64,000 nt of DNA, taken from Octopus bimaculoides (Eukaryota). The DNA lies in the NCBI RefSeq assembly GCF_001194135.2, contig NC_068981.1, positions 123,908,121-123,972,120 of the forward strand, given 5' to 3'. Every line of letters starts with the position of its first letter. Position 1 is the first letter of the stretch. This document shows, piece by piece, positions 23,109 through 38,114 of this stretch. The notes under the pieces were generated by a model, which saw only the letters and a list, made by a program, of their open reading frames with translations, searched no databases and was not told the origin of the DNA. A program made the translations under genes and the position numbers.

Positions 23109-24829
23109 TGTATGTATATATATATATATATATATATATNNNNNNNNNNNNNNNNNNNNNNNNNNNNNNNNNNNNNNNNNNNNNNNNNNNNNNNNNNNNN
23201 NNNNNNNNNNNNNNNNNNNNNNNNNNNNNNNNNNNNNNNNNNNNNNNNNNNNNNNNNNNNNNNNNNNNNNNNNNNNNNNNNNNNNNNNNNNNNNNNNNNN
23301 NNNNNNNNNNNNNNNNNNNNNNNNNNNNNNNNNNNNNNNNNNNNNNNNNNNNNNNNNNNNNNNNNNNNNNNNNNNNNNNNNNNNNNNNNNNNNNNNNNNN
23401 NNNNNNNNNNNNNNNNNNNNNNNNNNNNNNNNNNNNNNNNNNNNNNNNNNNNNNNNNNNNNNNNNNNNNNNNNNNNNNNNNNNNNNNNNNNNNNNNNNNN
23501 NNNNNNNNNNNNNNNNNNNNNNNNNNNNNNNTATATATATATATATATGTACTCTTTCCTATTTTTGATTATTTGAAATATTTCAGTAAGGAAAAAGTTG
23601 CTTTCTAACAAGAATGCAAAACTCCATTTTAGGAATATAGGTATCAAAAACAAATTCTCAGTTTGAACTTGAGAAAAGTTTCACAAAATTGTTACTGTTT
23701 CGCTCGTAGATTGTATTAATAATGCTCGAGTTAGCCGGTTATTTCTTTTTCTGAAAACTCCAGGTTAACCAGATTATTACTTCGAGATTTACTCACAAAA
23801 CGAACTACATTAATTATTGGTACAAATGTGAATTTATAATCTGGAGGTTTCGAGACTGTTGTCCATTGTTATCCTGTTTCTCTACAGTTTTTGGAAGAGA
23901 CGTTTTCATCAGCAAGGCAGCTGACTCTTATGACGGTGCATACGTTTTTTTTTTCCTTTTTTTGCCTATTCAAAATAACAGCATCGACTTCTTATGCGTG
24001 TAGAAATTTTAATGGGAATGCTTCACCAATATTCCTTGTGTTCATGTTTATGTATCTATTCAATAATGGCGCGGTGGGGTCTCTATATTAATCTCAGGAA
24101 AGTCTTTTGGATGGCATTGTATATTACTTTAGTGTCGCACTAAGAAGTAGTGCCATAATGACATCTTTGAGCAACTGCTAATCACATGTGACCTCTTCCA
24201 ATCTAGTGGAACATAATCTACATTATATAGAGAGGAAAAGAGATGGGGAGAAAAGGAGACATAAGGAAAACATAAAGATTGAAGATGCACTATCAATGAT
24301 TTAGTTAGCTTACACTTGTTTCGAAAAGTTTGGCACAGCTCAAAGCGCTGCACATTGCAGCATAAATTTTAATAGATCCTTCATTTCACAGGCTAAATTG
24401 CCATAGATACAAAGCATGTAACCGCCATACTATTGTTTTCAAAGCCAGAATGCTTCTACTAAATTTTGTATTCAGTTAAATAATGTGGAGGAGGTTTACA
24501 AGCAATAAATTCTAGACCACTGTCTCCATTTTATTGTCCATTGCTCCTGTCACAAGCATAAGGAAATATCTTTCTCATTCATTTTAGTTTAATGACTGCT
24601 TGTTGTTGTATGTATCCCACTAAGATAGAATTGTAACTCAGTCTATGATGTTGTTAAGTGCAACTTAATTAATAGTAGAGGACAGAATGAATTTACTAGA
24701 ACTATAAAAGAAAATCAGTATCTACTACGAAAAATATGCTTTTGACTGTTGGAGGAATTCATATTGAGTAAAATTATATTACATAAAATATATAAATAAA
24801 TAAAACATGCCATATGCAGGCACTTTTAC

Positions 24830-24965
24830 ATGCACGCACGCACACACACACAGACACACACACACATACACACACACACATACACACATACACACGCGCG
24901 CGCACAAATACACACAAACACAAACAAACACGTACGCATGCACACATGCAAGTATGCACACACTA
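24830..24965 (+). repeat. Degenerate (CA)n microsatellite
   Basis: Direct reading. Confidence 0.9.
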
Positions 24966-27900
24966 GTGTGCGCATGTGTGCGTTTCGGGTTGGATCCTTC
25001 TTCTGGCTGGCTTTAAACTAGCTCAGCATGACAATTATTTCTTTTTAATAGTATCTATATGACCATACTCAGACAGTTACTGAGAAGTATTGTATTGATG
25101 CATGGTTCTACGCTTGCAACAAGATGAACTGAAACGTATGGAAAATATGCCATGAGAATTTATACTTAATCTGATGGGTTATTAGCTGTGTGTTCTTGCG
25201 TAGTTGTAAGCTGTTGTGTTTCAAAAGTGTTCGCTTGTTGTATAGAATGATTGTGACTTAATGCTACTGAAATAGCCTAGATTGTCATAATCCCATTGAA
25301 GAATGTTTTCGAAGTACCTGATAATAGAAGCTATGCAAATATGGTGAGTGGAATACCTGGGTAGCGTTTGGATGACGTCTCTGCGTGGAAGGATGACTGA
25401 ATGAAGATGTCATTTTTGTAGCAGTTATTAGCGTACACAAAATACAATCTAATAAGCCACACTATCTGTTACAGTCACAGTCTTTTATTATTTTCGATTC
25501 ACTTATTCTAACACTTATCTGTATACTCAGCTGGGGACGCGTTGAGCTTCTCGTGTCACATAAAATCTACCCTATCATAATCTGTATCAGTTTGTTGTCT
25601 TGAAACCAATTACGAAGTTACTAAATGACTTATACACGAGAAGTTATCTAATTTACGGTATTTAACACTCAGTGTCAGAATCTTTCTTTCAACTTTTAGA
25701 CTTCATTAACTGATTTAAATTTTTAGCCTGAAAACTTTATGACAATATGATTATCAATGATAAAGACTTTTAGGAAATAATGTAAGAGTTACATAAAACT
25801 AAAGCGATTATCAGAAGTTTCTGTGAGATTTTCCACATCAAATTTAGATTTGAGTTTCTATTCTACGTAAGCTGTGTGATATATATTATTCAACGGAGAA
25901 TAAGATTGTTGCATATCATCAGAGTTAGAGACTCTAAATTCCAGGTTTTAACTAAAGTTAATTGACGTAAATTTAGACATTGGTATTCAGCAAATTTGCA
26001 AGTCATTAAAAATGTTTCTTTTCAAGTTACATACGTCATTGCCGGGTATTTTGATTAAATCTGCAACGTCAGCACCATTTTAGTAAATTAGTTTATCCAT
26101 GAATTACACTCATCGAAGTTTTCTGATCTGACAACCACGGGGAATCTGCAACATCAGTCTTTTCTTAACTCTGCTACTGCTACATCAAAGACGAGCAAAA
26201 TGAAGCAGGTAATGATGGATTTGATTGTCTTAGACTCATAGAAGACAGGAAAGATTTTAAAAGTGGCTTGACTATGGATATTACTGTTATTCTTATGTAT
26301 ATGGATAGTGTATTAATGTATTAGAAATAAATAGTGTTCGTAAAATACCAATGAATTATAATGCATGATTTCAATGTGAGCCTATGTCTGTGTTGATTTG
26401 TTGTTCAGTGTGTAACTTGAGAAACCACTTGGTTAAGAGCAGGCAACACAAAAATAGAGTCTAGAGATAGATAATTCATTTAAGATTGTCAATCTGGATT
26501 GTAGTCATTCTACAACCTGAAAATTCATTCATTTTTCACGGTTTAATCTGTTACAACGGATATATCTTATAGTGGCCACTCGACATAGCGAACAAGTTTC
26601 CCATGTAAAAAGAAATGACACATAGAATACTGTGGTGCCAAATTCCTCTTGACTAAAGAGAGGTATAATGTTGACTGGAAATATTTCGATTTATGTCTGC
26701 TTGGTCATGCTACATCTAGGACTAAATCACAATAATAATTACAGCAACAAGTAGTTTTATTCTTCTTTACTTCCTCCGCCTTTGTTCATTCCACAAAATT
26801 CACACGACAATCAGACTTGTTATCCAGGATTCCGGTATGCCATATCTCATGGAAATTCCTGCAGTCAAGATTGAGATCCATTTAACACATTCAAGTTTGT
26901 TGCTAATTGTGTAGAGAGAATATGCTGTCAGGAGAATCTTCCTGTGTATTCAAGGGAATCTGTATAATATTGGTAACCAATGGTGACTAATAAGCGTGAA
27001 ATAAACGCTATACTGGCACACCGTCAACAAAGAAGCCTCAGTCTGGTCGCTCAACCTACAAGAAATAGTAGTTAAATTTCCCTTTACTATCTTTAAAGAG
27101 ATGATATTTAACATTTCATTGAATAATGTAGTATTACATATCTGATACCTATAAAAAAAATAAGAAAAAGAAAAAAGATACGACTGTCATGGTTGAAACA
27201 CTTTATCTTTGAGCTCTTTCATCACCGTTGACCAGGGGTAAGAACGCATCACTAAATTATGCTTAAAAGACTTCTCATACCAGTGGTCAATGCAGACGAA
27301 TTGAGTAATCAAAGTAAACTAAGAACTATTTCATCAGGAAGTAGTTGAATCAAACATACCTTCCATAGAATATCTTTCGTTCATATATGAGCTGGCACGT
27401 ATCCATGCATTGGAGTATATTCCGAGTAAGTTATAAGTTGGTCAATCAAATATGTGTAACTTTTATCTGCTATTCTTTAATACAATGATATTTTTCAATC
27501 TCTTCTTTTGTTTCTTCCTACTACCAACGTAACACGTGGTACTTTTCAGAAATTGCAACATTCAAATGATTATTGTTCTGTTCTTGCACCTTCCATCTAT
27601 AGTTTTTGTCTCTTCCATTCCGCGTTATAATGAAATCTAATTTTTAATCACTAAATTAACTGAACCACTTACTATTGACATTAATCCTGTCATTCAATAA
27701 CAAAGAATAATTGAAGTACGCGCAACTGTTCTTGTTTAGACCCAGTCATAACTATTCTTTCTTTTTTCAGGCGTAATATTTATATATCTAGTACAACAAT
27801 TTTTGTCTCATTCTTTGTTGTGTTTAACCTTAGCTCAGACCTGATTCAGTAGGTTGCGTTCAATGTTATTCCTGTAGTAATTAATCTGTCTTTTATTCAG

Positions 27901-30900
27901 GCATTGTATCTAATACGTCATGGTCGAATCTTTCCTTCCATTTTTGATACAATTGTAAGTGTTTTGAAGGAGATTCACTCGACTATTTCTAGCAAGTCAG
28001 CCGATAACATAAAATTTCTTTCGCTGGTTCGTGATTCTTCATGGTTTGACTACGCTCAGTTTTATAAGGCAATGTACAAGTAGACCTTCGTAACTAAGAT
28101 TATGTCAACTAAATTTAGTTACAGATAGCTGATTCTGTTCCATCAAAACCTCGGCGCAGTTTGTTCAACCAATTCATTTAGACATACTGACTCGATTCCA
28201 TTATGAAAGGAATTACGTAAGCACAGCACTTACTAACAAAGATATCTCAGCGCAAGTGAGCTGTGTAGAAGCTTTGCTTTCGTTACGAATTATGGTAGGA
28301 GTTCTGACACAATATCCATGTTTCAACTCTACCATCGCTGCTTCAGGCAACACACTGGTGAGATGGCTGAATGGATAAGGTAGGATCGAGCAATCTATTC
28401 ATAAATTCTAACTTCAAATTTGCTCCTATTGTTGTTGCTGCTGTTGTTGCGGTTGTTTTTATTCTTGTTGTTTTTGGACAAAGCAATTTTTCTATATTAC
28501 GTCAGTCCATCTTGCTATTGGAAAGAAAGGTTTTTTTCAAAATAGGGTTATTACCTGATGTAAATCATTGTCTTATTCCGTGGGAGATACATTTTTCATT
28601 TGCTTTAAGTCATGAAACGGAAGCTAACCACCAACACATAAAATCTCATGGGATCCGTTTAAACTTTTGTGCTATGCACACATTAACTTGTTATGAATGT
28701 CGCAATGTGTTTGTTCTATCTTTTATATTTATGAGCAGACGGCCTCTCCGATTTGTATTTATTATGATTTTAGTCTCTAAGTAGCTGAAATTTCTGATAA
28801 TAATGACAATATTCATCAAATTGTTGGGAATCTCACAGAGTAAACATTCAAAGCTGTGGTAATTAAATTATGGGAACAGTGCAAAGGTATAGCTTTATTT
28901 CATTTTATTTTGTTCAAGGAAAAAAGATAATAAATGAAGTTTATCATTGCACACTCCAGATAAGATTGATTAAGACATGAGATGAAAAATTTTTTAAAAC
29001 ATTAATAATGTGAGTTAAATAAAATTTAATATGATACCTCGAAAGAATATTGACAGCTGTTAGACATACAAATATAAACATGTCATTTATAATATCACAA
29101 ATTACGGTTTTGTTGAAATCATTTTATAGTGTTTGACAAGAGTAAATGTTTTCTTTAGTTCTTCCATGAATTATTCTGAAGGAAACTAATTTACACTATG
29201 AGGAGTTTCATTCATATTTTTATTGCAGCTCACTTTCGTGACATATTTCTCAAAAATACTTCACGCATTTCTTCTTTTTTCTTTGTTGCCCACATTATAC
29301 TTTTCATTGATTTCAACATTGATTACAGTTAAGGCAATATTAGAAGTAGAAATAAATCTGTTACTGTTTCTCACTAGTATGCAGTTACCCGTAGGCAGAT
29401 GAAATAAGCAATGTCAATCTCAATGCGATAAGGGACAAAACTAGTTGCAGAGAGGAAATAGGTACACTAATGCAGACTTTCTGCCACATCTCGTACTCGC
29501 ATTTATATCCAATTATTATTGATTTATTACTTACAAGTGGTGTAACAAAAATAGTAGTGCTTCATCAAATATTTTTTAGTTATTAATTACGTTGCTTTTA
29601 CATTCTAAGTTCAAATTGCATTGCAGTTGACTGTGCCCTCCATCCTTCCAGCGTCGGTGGAATACACTCCAAGTCCGTTAAAGGATAGATTAAACTACAT
29701 CTGTAACTAAAAACTTTGTGGCTTTGTGACGAAGTGAGAAATTATTACTTTCTTATATAATGCAAACTCGAATTGGTTTCGATTTCTTGTTGATCCAATT
29801 CATTTCCTTCTTTAAAATTGATAAGTTTAACAACTCCAATGTTTTTATATTTCGCATTAAAAATAGTTGGGAACTTTTTGCCCTATGTGATTTAACTGTA
29901 GTTAAAAGAGGGTTACGAACGAGAATGAACAAATCCAATTTGCAATAAATATGTTGGAAGCGAATTAAAAGGGCGGTAACATGACAAAACTAATATGAAT
30001 GAATTTCACATTATATACATTAATACTGTGTAACCATGAAGTTACGGGTCTCGATTGAAATGAATTCATATGACGTCAGATGTTTACAACAATCCAAAGG
30101 GCTTAAATATTTTAGCCTGCCGTTCGTTTGTTTTTTTTTTTCACTTATAAATCCGATGCTTTCTGTTTTATTAATTACATTCTTTAATACGATGTTTGTT
30201 CTTCGTTAGTAACTGTTATTTCCTATTTGCTAACTCCTAGAGCGTATGAAAAATGGCTAATATTTCCTTCAAACTTCACTTTTGTTATATTTATTCAATC
30301 CCCAAAGAATCATTCTAGACAGTTCCATTTAATAAGTAAATAATAATAATTTCTCACTTCGCCAGAAAGCTACAAAATTTTTAGTAACAGATGTAGTTTA
30401 ATCTATCCTCTAACGGACTTGAAGTGAAATAATGCTTACTGACCAAAAACAAAAAGAAAGGAAAATTATGTTACACAGTGTTATTAACACTAAGGAAAAA
30501 TGAGGAAAAACTTGTGAAAGCATTTTACCACTTCTTCAAAAATCGCATTAATATTTACAAGACTTGTTGACTGAATCAAAACTTGTATATACAGGACGTG
30601 ATTGGCTAAATCGATAAAACACAGGTTAACTAGGCAAGGCCTTAGCAACTCATATCATCCATTACTGAAGCCTCACCTCAGTAATTCAACATACAACTCG
30701 TAACACAGTCTGGCACTGTAGGTTATATCCAGAGCCAAGACAAAACTTTCAACGGTCATAAGTGCGCATTGATCCTACGCATAGCGCTAAATTTACTTTA
30801 AGAACATGCTTTCTTCCTCAACTATGCAAATGAGGACTTCTTTCATTGCCCACTAAGCTTCCATGCCATCTAAGCACAATCCATATGCAATTTAGACACC

Positions 30901-31150
30901 TCAACCGATATATGTATTGAATCCAGGAACAGAGATCTCGGAAACAACTCCTAATGAGATCACCCTAATTTTGTATTTTTCAACTGTACAAATACACATG
31001 CATTATACATATGAAGAAAACATCACATTTTATCCACTAAACATAAACAGAGCACAGCTAAAACTATGAAAGTTGCTAAAACTGCTTGGCCTCATCGTCC
31101 CTAAGAAACTCTCCTGGGGACCGCACATCCTCAACGTAAATTACGATTGC

Positions 31151-31210
31151 ATCATCTTCTTTATTAGAGGCTTATCTTCCTTATTAGAGGCTTATCTTCC
31201 TTATTAGAGG
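31151..31210 (+). repeat. 20-bp tandem repeat x3
   Basis: cttatcttccttattagagg repeated twice exactly plus one diverged copy. Confidence 0.9.
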
Positions 31211-31234
31211 TAGATCGTTCTTCACCCCAGGCAC

Positions 31235-31455
31235 AACAAATATTGACTTCAAATTTTAGCACAAGGCCAGCAATTTCGGGAGAGGGGATAAGTTGATTAC
31301 ATCGACCCCAGCACTCAACTGGTATATATTTAATCAACTCCGAAAAAATAAAAGGCAAAATCGACCTCGGCGGAATTTGAACTCAGATCGTATAGACGGA
31401 TGAAATGCCGATAAGCATTTTATCCGCGGCATGCAAATGATTCTGCCAGCTGATT
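31235..31455 (-). mobile_element. SINE family 1 (tail type C)
   Basis: ttcaaattttagcacaaggccagcaattt..aaatcgacctcggcggaatttgaactcag..gattctgccagct. Confidence 0.85.
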
Positions 31456-33269
31456 CCCTTCCCACAACAAATATTGACATTCTACAAAGCTCAGCTTCTA
31501 CAACAGTGGTAGTGGTGCTGTGGTTAGAAACACACGTATTCAATACAGTATAGAAAGAAGCGCCATGCAACTAATTGGCAAGAAGTTATTCACAACACAC
31601 TCGAACGTTTAACGCACAAGTGTGCCGCCTCTCTCTCTATCTATCTATCTATCTATCTATCTCTCTATCTCTCTCTCTCTTTCTCTCTCTCTATCTCTCT
31701 CTTTCTCTCTCTCTCTCTGGCTTTTGTACTATAACTGCAATGGCCTCGGCTCTTCGGAGATTGTGGCTCTTATACTACCTCCACTCAGACACTTTCGACA
31801 AATTTATTTCTGTCTTCTCTAGGGCGAGGAACACTTCCTCCATTTAACACTATTGTAATCGTCTTAGCTTTCATCTGCTGGAAACATCAAACGAAGGAAA
31901 GATGTGCTACTTTTCTACTTTATGACGAAAATTGACAGAAACGAGGAAACTTCTACGTGTTCACTCTACCTGCTAGAAATAGCAGTCAGATCTCCTTCGT
32001 AGCACACTCCATCTGTTTAAGAGAAAATGGTCACATCACTAGTTACTCCAAGTAAAAGTAAAAGTTTATACACTCACTTCCTTTTATCTTCTCAACAGCG
32101 TTTGTATTTATGGCGGAAATATAATTTTAGAGAAGACATGAAGTCGTGATAACACTGTGCTGCATACGAAAATATTCCATGATCTAACAATCAAACACAT
32201 TACTAGTGATATGGTGATGTATTTACTCAAATATTTTAAAAGAAAATGGGAAAACAGTAATTTGTTTTTTATACCATTTAATAAATGAAATTATTACTGA
32301 CAGTCTGCAAATGACTCCAGCACCTTATATTGAAATAAAGTTTATATAAAGTTTAAAAGAAAATATTTTGCAATACGAGGGTGTTAAAAATAACAGCTCT
32401 AAAATATTTATTTATTTCTATTTTACTTTAGATTCCATTTCAATAATATAATATTCCCCGTATTATAGTCATATTCAATCAGTTTCGCTTGTGTGTATAA
32501 GCATCTCTATCTATCCATCTATGCATCTATCTACTCATTTATCCATCTATTCGCCTACCTATCAGTCAGTCACTGTCTAGCTATCTATCTCAGAAAGAGA
32601 TATTTTTGGAATCCTTCTGTCGATGCTCTAGGGATAATTACATTACATGTAATATTGTCTGTTGTAGTGTTCTATGTAAACGAGCTGACTTAAATTATTA
32701 TATTCTTCACTGGTCACGAACTTCAAAGAAATTTACATCAATACAGCCAAAAATATACCTGAACTACTGTGACTCAGATATGACTCCAAGTATAGTCTGT
32801 TGTGTCATTCGAGCATAATATTAACACATCAGATGATGTTTGAAACAACAGTAACTTTTCTCATGTCTGCCTTGTTCAACTTCAGAACTTACCGTATCAA
32901 AGGACTTGCATTTAGTATTCTTTTAGCCCATTTTCTGAATAATAATTCGACTAGGAAATAAGTGACGCAAACATGCACTAACCGATGTATATATGTTTAT
33001 ATGAACTTTTTGTAGACATGATCAAGAAAAAGTAAATTCAGACGAATTAACTTTGATGCATATAACTAGTGTACTACCTATAAAATTATATTAATATATG
33101 AGACGATTTCCAACTCACATGACGGTACTCATGTCTGTTTATAGTGATAAGTGAAATATGTAGTACGTAATATGAGACACAGTGAGGGTGACAGAAAAAC
33201 AAATGAACTTTGTTTTGTATAACGTTCTCGAATACATTTTTGGTCAGTCCAAAGTTAGTGTTTGTGGTA

Positions 33270-33460
33270 CCATCTATGTTTGAGGTGTTGGCCAGTAACT
33301 AATTCTATTTCAAAGCACTTTTTATTCAAAGGACAGTTGTTGGAGGATTTGAAGTTACATGATCAGTTCGGGAACCTGAAGTTAAATGATTGGTTCGGTG
33401 TGTGCCTAACAATATTTTTCTTATTATGTTTGAATATCCTCAAATTCCCTAATATATATA
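33270..33460 (-). mobile_element. Penelope-like fragment (linker before GIY-YIG)
   Basis: Minus translation KHNKKNIV..SCNFKSSNNCPLNKKCFEIELV aligns with CNCRSSNCCPLNNNFLEKELV at 54755-55288. Confidence 0.65.
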
Positions 33461-33849
33461 ATAGGGAAAATATTAATTCGCCACTCCATTCATTCGGAAC
33501 TACTACCACAAGGTATTTTACCTGGCACTTTAATGACTGTACTATTTCGTCACCTTCGACTAGGATACACTCTGAAAAGTGAAGGCTGAGAATATGAAAG
33601 TGATTAGTCACGTGAAAATAAATTTGAAAAATTTATTTTTTGTTTGTTATTTTATATCATTGCAACGTTGGACGTGGTGAATATCACGGACAGATAAAAT
33701 AGAAGGATGACCTGAACGATGTTTATTGCTTAGTGGTCTAGTAGCTTCGTAATTCTTAATTACTTTGGCAACTGTGTTTACGCTAATATGAGCAAATTAA
33801 AAATAATTTTTCTCAAATCTTCAGACAATTTTTTCCCTTTTGATGCCAT

Positions 33850-34210
33850 TTTAATCACAATGAAGAAGATTTTCACCACGGGACAAAAATCAGAATCCCT
33901 GCAGATGCATTGTTATGATGACCAGCGGAAAAATGCCAGGAGAAATGATTTATTAAAATTGATATTATCAGCAATATCTAAACTTTGTAAAAGAAAATGT
34001 GGATAAAATATTGAATATAGCAAATTTCCTTTAGGGTGTACATATTTTTATAACGTTTGAAAACTAATATTTCGCTCTTATCTTTCAAAACGCTTTATTG
34101 TTTTGTGTATAATATATTTTATTGAGTGTATATATCCTACAATATTATCAGAGTAATGGCAATTTTATTGAAATATTTTAGGGGTGTACATACTTCTGTA
34201 AGATACTGTA
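33850..34210 (+). mobile_element. Eroded Tc1-like 3' end with right TIR
   Basis: Ends ggggtgtacatacttctgtaagatactgta (reverse complement TA-cagtatcttacagaagtatgtacacccc, a Tc1-type TIR); an inner direct repeat agggtgtacatattt lies near 34033. Confidence 0.55.
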
Positions 34211-34584
34211 TATATGTATACATGCAAAACGAAAGAAAGCAAAAAGTGGAAACTTTCAGATGATGAATTATGAATTTATATGTCTAAATATATATACATA
34301 TGAATAACTTCAACTTATACAGAGTATAAACGACAGAGAATTTTAAAGAAGTGGAAGAATACCTTTTCCCACCCATTTAAGTATCTCTGCCGTTTGTACT
34401 TTGTGTAAGTTGGACCTAGTAATATAAATATCTCTATATTTAGGCATAAAGATTCATCATGTGACAGTGTCTCCCTTTGGCTTTCTCTCGGTTTGCATGC
34501 ATACATGTATACATATTTTATATTTGATGTAGTTAATATATTCGATATGTTTGATGTGTCTAATTTGTTTATCCCCATAATTGC

Positions 34585-34620
<36 letters not shown>

Positions 34621-34863
34621 ACACTATCCAACAATAACCAGTCTTCTTTCGATCTCGTAGCTGCCTTGCCACTCACATCATGGGCTGGTGAAAGCTAAGA
34701 CATTTTCCGGCTGTTAAATGTAGTAAATTGCAAGTTGAAGTTTAAAACTAGTAATATATACATATATACATAGCATTGCGTGTATACACACTCACACAAA
34801 CACACACACACACACACGCACACATATATATATATCTATACATATGCGTGTGGGGGGGGGGTG

Positions 34864-35585
34864 TACCGGGTGCGTAAGGTATTTGGGGACATACCTTTTT
34901 TGGGTTATTGCTACTTTTTTGCCAACTCTATTATAACCTTTGTTTCAGAAAATAATAATGGTAGATTCTCAGCTTACTCAAGAAATAAAAAGACTTGCTA
35001 TTATTGCGGTTATAAAGGCTCGGCATAGCGATTTAGAAATATCTCGATTTTTAAAAGTTGCCAGATCTTTCGTCTTCAAAGTTTGTAAGGAGCTAGAGAC
35101 TGAAGATGGAAACGTATCACCAGTATCAAAGCATAAAAAGCATTCTAAACACTCTGAACTCATCAGAAAACCTGAACTTATCCAACAAGTTCATCAGATC
35201 AGTGATTACAATCCCAGAAAGCCCATGAAGTCAATTGCAAAGGATCTCCATGTGTCAGAAGGAACCGTCAGAAATGTTGTCCACGGAGACATCAGATATA
35301 AGTCTTATGTGAAGAAAGGTCAATTTGTCACAAAAAGCAAAAGAAAATCACTACATGAGATCTAAAAGGCTCTTAAACAAACTGAGAGAAATTCAGCAGA
35401 AGATGATGCGTTAGATCTCATATAGAAGCAGTTGTTGAAGCCGAAGGTGGCTTTATTGAATAACATTAGAGAAAAGGTTTATTTTTATCCTCATAGCATT
35501 TTTTTATGTATATAGATATTATCTATTATACATCTGTTACTTTATAAACATAAACTGTCCTGAAATATCTTACACACTGCACATA
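34864..35585 (+). mobile_element. Internally deleted maT/DD37D-like transposon retaining the DNA-binding N-terminus
   Basis: ORF from ATG34958, MVDSQLTQEIKRLAII..SDLEISRFLKVARSFVFKV..NPRKPMKSIAKDLHVSEGTVRNVVHGDIRYKSYV, has two HTH-like blocks and no catalytic domain. Degenerate TIRs are taccgggtgcgtaaggtattt and aaatatcttacacactg. Confidence 0.75.
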
Positions 35586-35730
35586 CCTGTACGTATATAT
35601 GCATATACTCATTTACTATTTGTTTTTACATGACTGAATGCAGCGTCTCCAATTTGTAAGTAGTTTTCGTAACTTCATATTTTCCGACGCTACTCTATCT
35701 CTCTCTCTTTCTCTTCCTCTATCATTTTTC

Positions 35731-35835
35731 CCCCTCTCGTTCTTCCTCTTTACTACTACGTATCTCGCTTTACCCCTCTCGTTCTTCCTCTGTTACTACT
35801 ACGTATCTCTTTTTCCCCCTCGTACTTCCTCTCTT
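35731..35835 (+). repeat. About 42-bp pyrimidine-rich minisatellite, about 2.5 units, next to the largest gap
   Basis: cccctctcgttcttcctct(g)ttactactacgtatctc repeated. Confidence 0.75.
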
Positions 35836-38114
35836 TCTCTTTTCCTCTCGTTGCTCACCTATTCTTCTACTTCCTCCCTTTGTTTCTCCCTCTANNNNNN
35901 NNNNNNNNNNNNNNNNNNNNNNNNNNNNNNNNNNNNNNNNNNNNNNNNNNNNNNNNNNNNNNNNNNNNNNNNNNNNNNNNNNNNNNNNNNNNNNNNNNNN
36001 NNNNNNNNNNNNNNNNNNNNNNNNNNNNNNNNNNNNNNNNNNNNNNNNNNNNNNNNNNNNNNNNNNNNNNNNNNNNNNNNNNNNNNNNNNNNNNNNNNNN
36101 NNNNNNNNNNNNNNNNNNNNNNNNNNNNNNNNNNNNNNNNNNNNNNNNNNNNNNNNNNNNNNNNNNNNNNNNNNNNNNNNNNNNNNNNNNNNNNNNNNNN
36201 NNNNNNNNNNNNNNNNNNNNNNNNNNNNNNNNNNNNNNNNNNNNNNNNNNNNNNNNNNNNNNNNNNNNNNNNNNNNNNNNNNNNNNNNNNNNNNNNNNNN
36301 NNNNNNNNNNNNNNNNNNNNNNNNNNNNNNNNNNNNNNNNNNNNNNNNNNNNNNNNNNNNNNNNNNNNNNNNNNNNNNNNNNNNNNNNNNNNNNNNNNNN
36401 NNNNNNNNNNNNNNNNNNNNNNNNNNNNNNNNNNNNNNNNNNNNNNNNNNNNNNNNNNNNNNNNNNNNNNNNNNNNNNNNNNNNNNNNNNNNNNNNNNNN
36501 NNNNNNNNNNNNNNNNNNNNNNNNNNNNNNNNNNNNNNNNNNNNNNNNNNNNNNNNNNNNNNNNNNNNNNNNNNNNNNNNNNNNNNNNNNNNNNNNNNNN
36601 NNATATATTTGTATTTTTAGATCTCTACCAAATATTTGGTAAAAATATAGAATATAATATATAACAGATTATTTTCTTTCTTCGTTTTATTTACTTTCAA
36701 AAGTCCAACGGTTTTTATTGAAATTACAGCGTCCTTTACTTGTCGTTACTTAACATCCTAGGTTAATATCCTAAGTTAACAACACTACTTACTTTACTAT
36801 ATAACGGTTTTCTTATAACCGATATTGTATGCAGTGTCAATATGTTTCCTGTCATTACAACCTGTTTATACACATGTAATTTAAGGACAGCTATTAATGT
36901 TGTCTGTTATTTACTGTCTGCTATGAAGTAATCAAACCTGACCCTGAAGAGATACAATATTCTATTTTTTATCACAGACAAGAGTGTGTCGGGATATTGC
37001 ATATATATNNNNNNNNNNNNNNNNNNNNNNNNNNNNNNNNNNNNNNNNNNNNNNNNNNNNNNNNNNNNNNNNNNNNNNNNNNNNNNNNNNNNNNNNNNNN
37101 NNNNNNNNNNNNNNNNNNNNNNNNNNNNNNNNNNNNNNNNNNNNNNNNNNNNNNNNNNNNNNNNNNNNNNNNNNNNNNATATATATATATATATACATAT
37201 ATGTATGTATATATATCCTACGTGCACAGTATCCGATTCTTAAGTTCTATTCGCACTGGTCAATAATCATCTCAAGGTTCCAATAGAAGACATATGTCAA
37301 AGTCACCTCGCAGTGGGATCGAACCTGAACCCACAGAGGGAACAAGCGTTTTTAGACTCATTAAAACTCACACTTAGGCATGTATATATTAATGTATTAT
37401 GGTCTGTGTTGTGTGTGTGCGTGAAGGTGTATGCATGTGTGTGTGTGTGCGTGCGTGAGTGTGTGAGAGAGATGCAAAGTCTTTTACGTCAATATGTAAT
37501 CTAGTCATTCGATAAGTACATATCAATAAATTAGGTGCTACACTGAAGTAATACTAAAATGGATAATATCGACTAAATCCCCTGGAAATCAGTTCAGTTA
37601 ATGAAGCCAGTAAAATAAAATGTAATTAAGTAATCTATATGAAATAAACCATCCAGATAATATTCAATTATAGGGTCAGAGGTTCACTTCCATAGAGTAG
37701 TAACGTCTATTTCTGCACTAATACACCGACTTAAGGCACAAACGTTACAAATATTGTACCAGCTCAATAAAGCATATTGATTTTGTTCCTGAGAGACATT
37801 TACTATTGAGGCGTTACTAGTTTCCCTTTTAAAGGGCAAGCAAAATATTTCGAAAAATCTTTACATCACTGTAGCAACTAAAATAATTCAAAGTAAAAAT
37901 TGTGAAAATATTGTTTAGTCTAATTTATTTATCTATATCTAAGTACAAATATTTGTTTACTTTCATAAATATGGTTTATCTTAGTGGAAATATTGTATAA
38001 CTTCCCATATCTAGAGAATATAATTTGCTCTTTTGTTGATAGTGCGTGTGGGTAGACAGCGTGTGTGTTGACAGTGTTAGTAGATATCATAGTGTAATAT
38101 GGATTTCAAATTTT

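Noticed and set aside
23888-28379. Candidate micro-exons at 23888-23935, about 26091-26207 and 28347-28379
   Set aside because: At least one splice site is weak in each, the peptides are unrecognisable, and such matches are expected by chance in 64 kb.
30824-30831. Octamer motif ATGCAAAT
   Set aside because: A single 8-mer in AT-rich DNA with no associated snRNA or promoter context.
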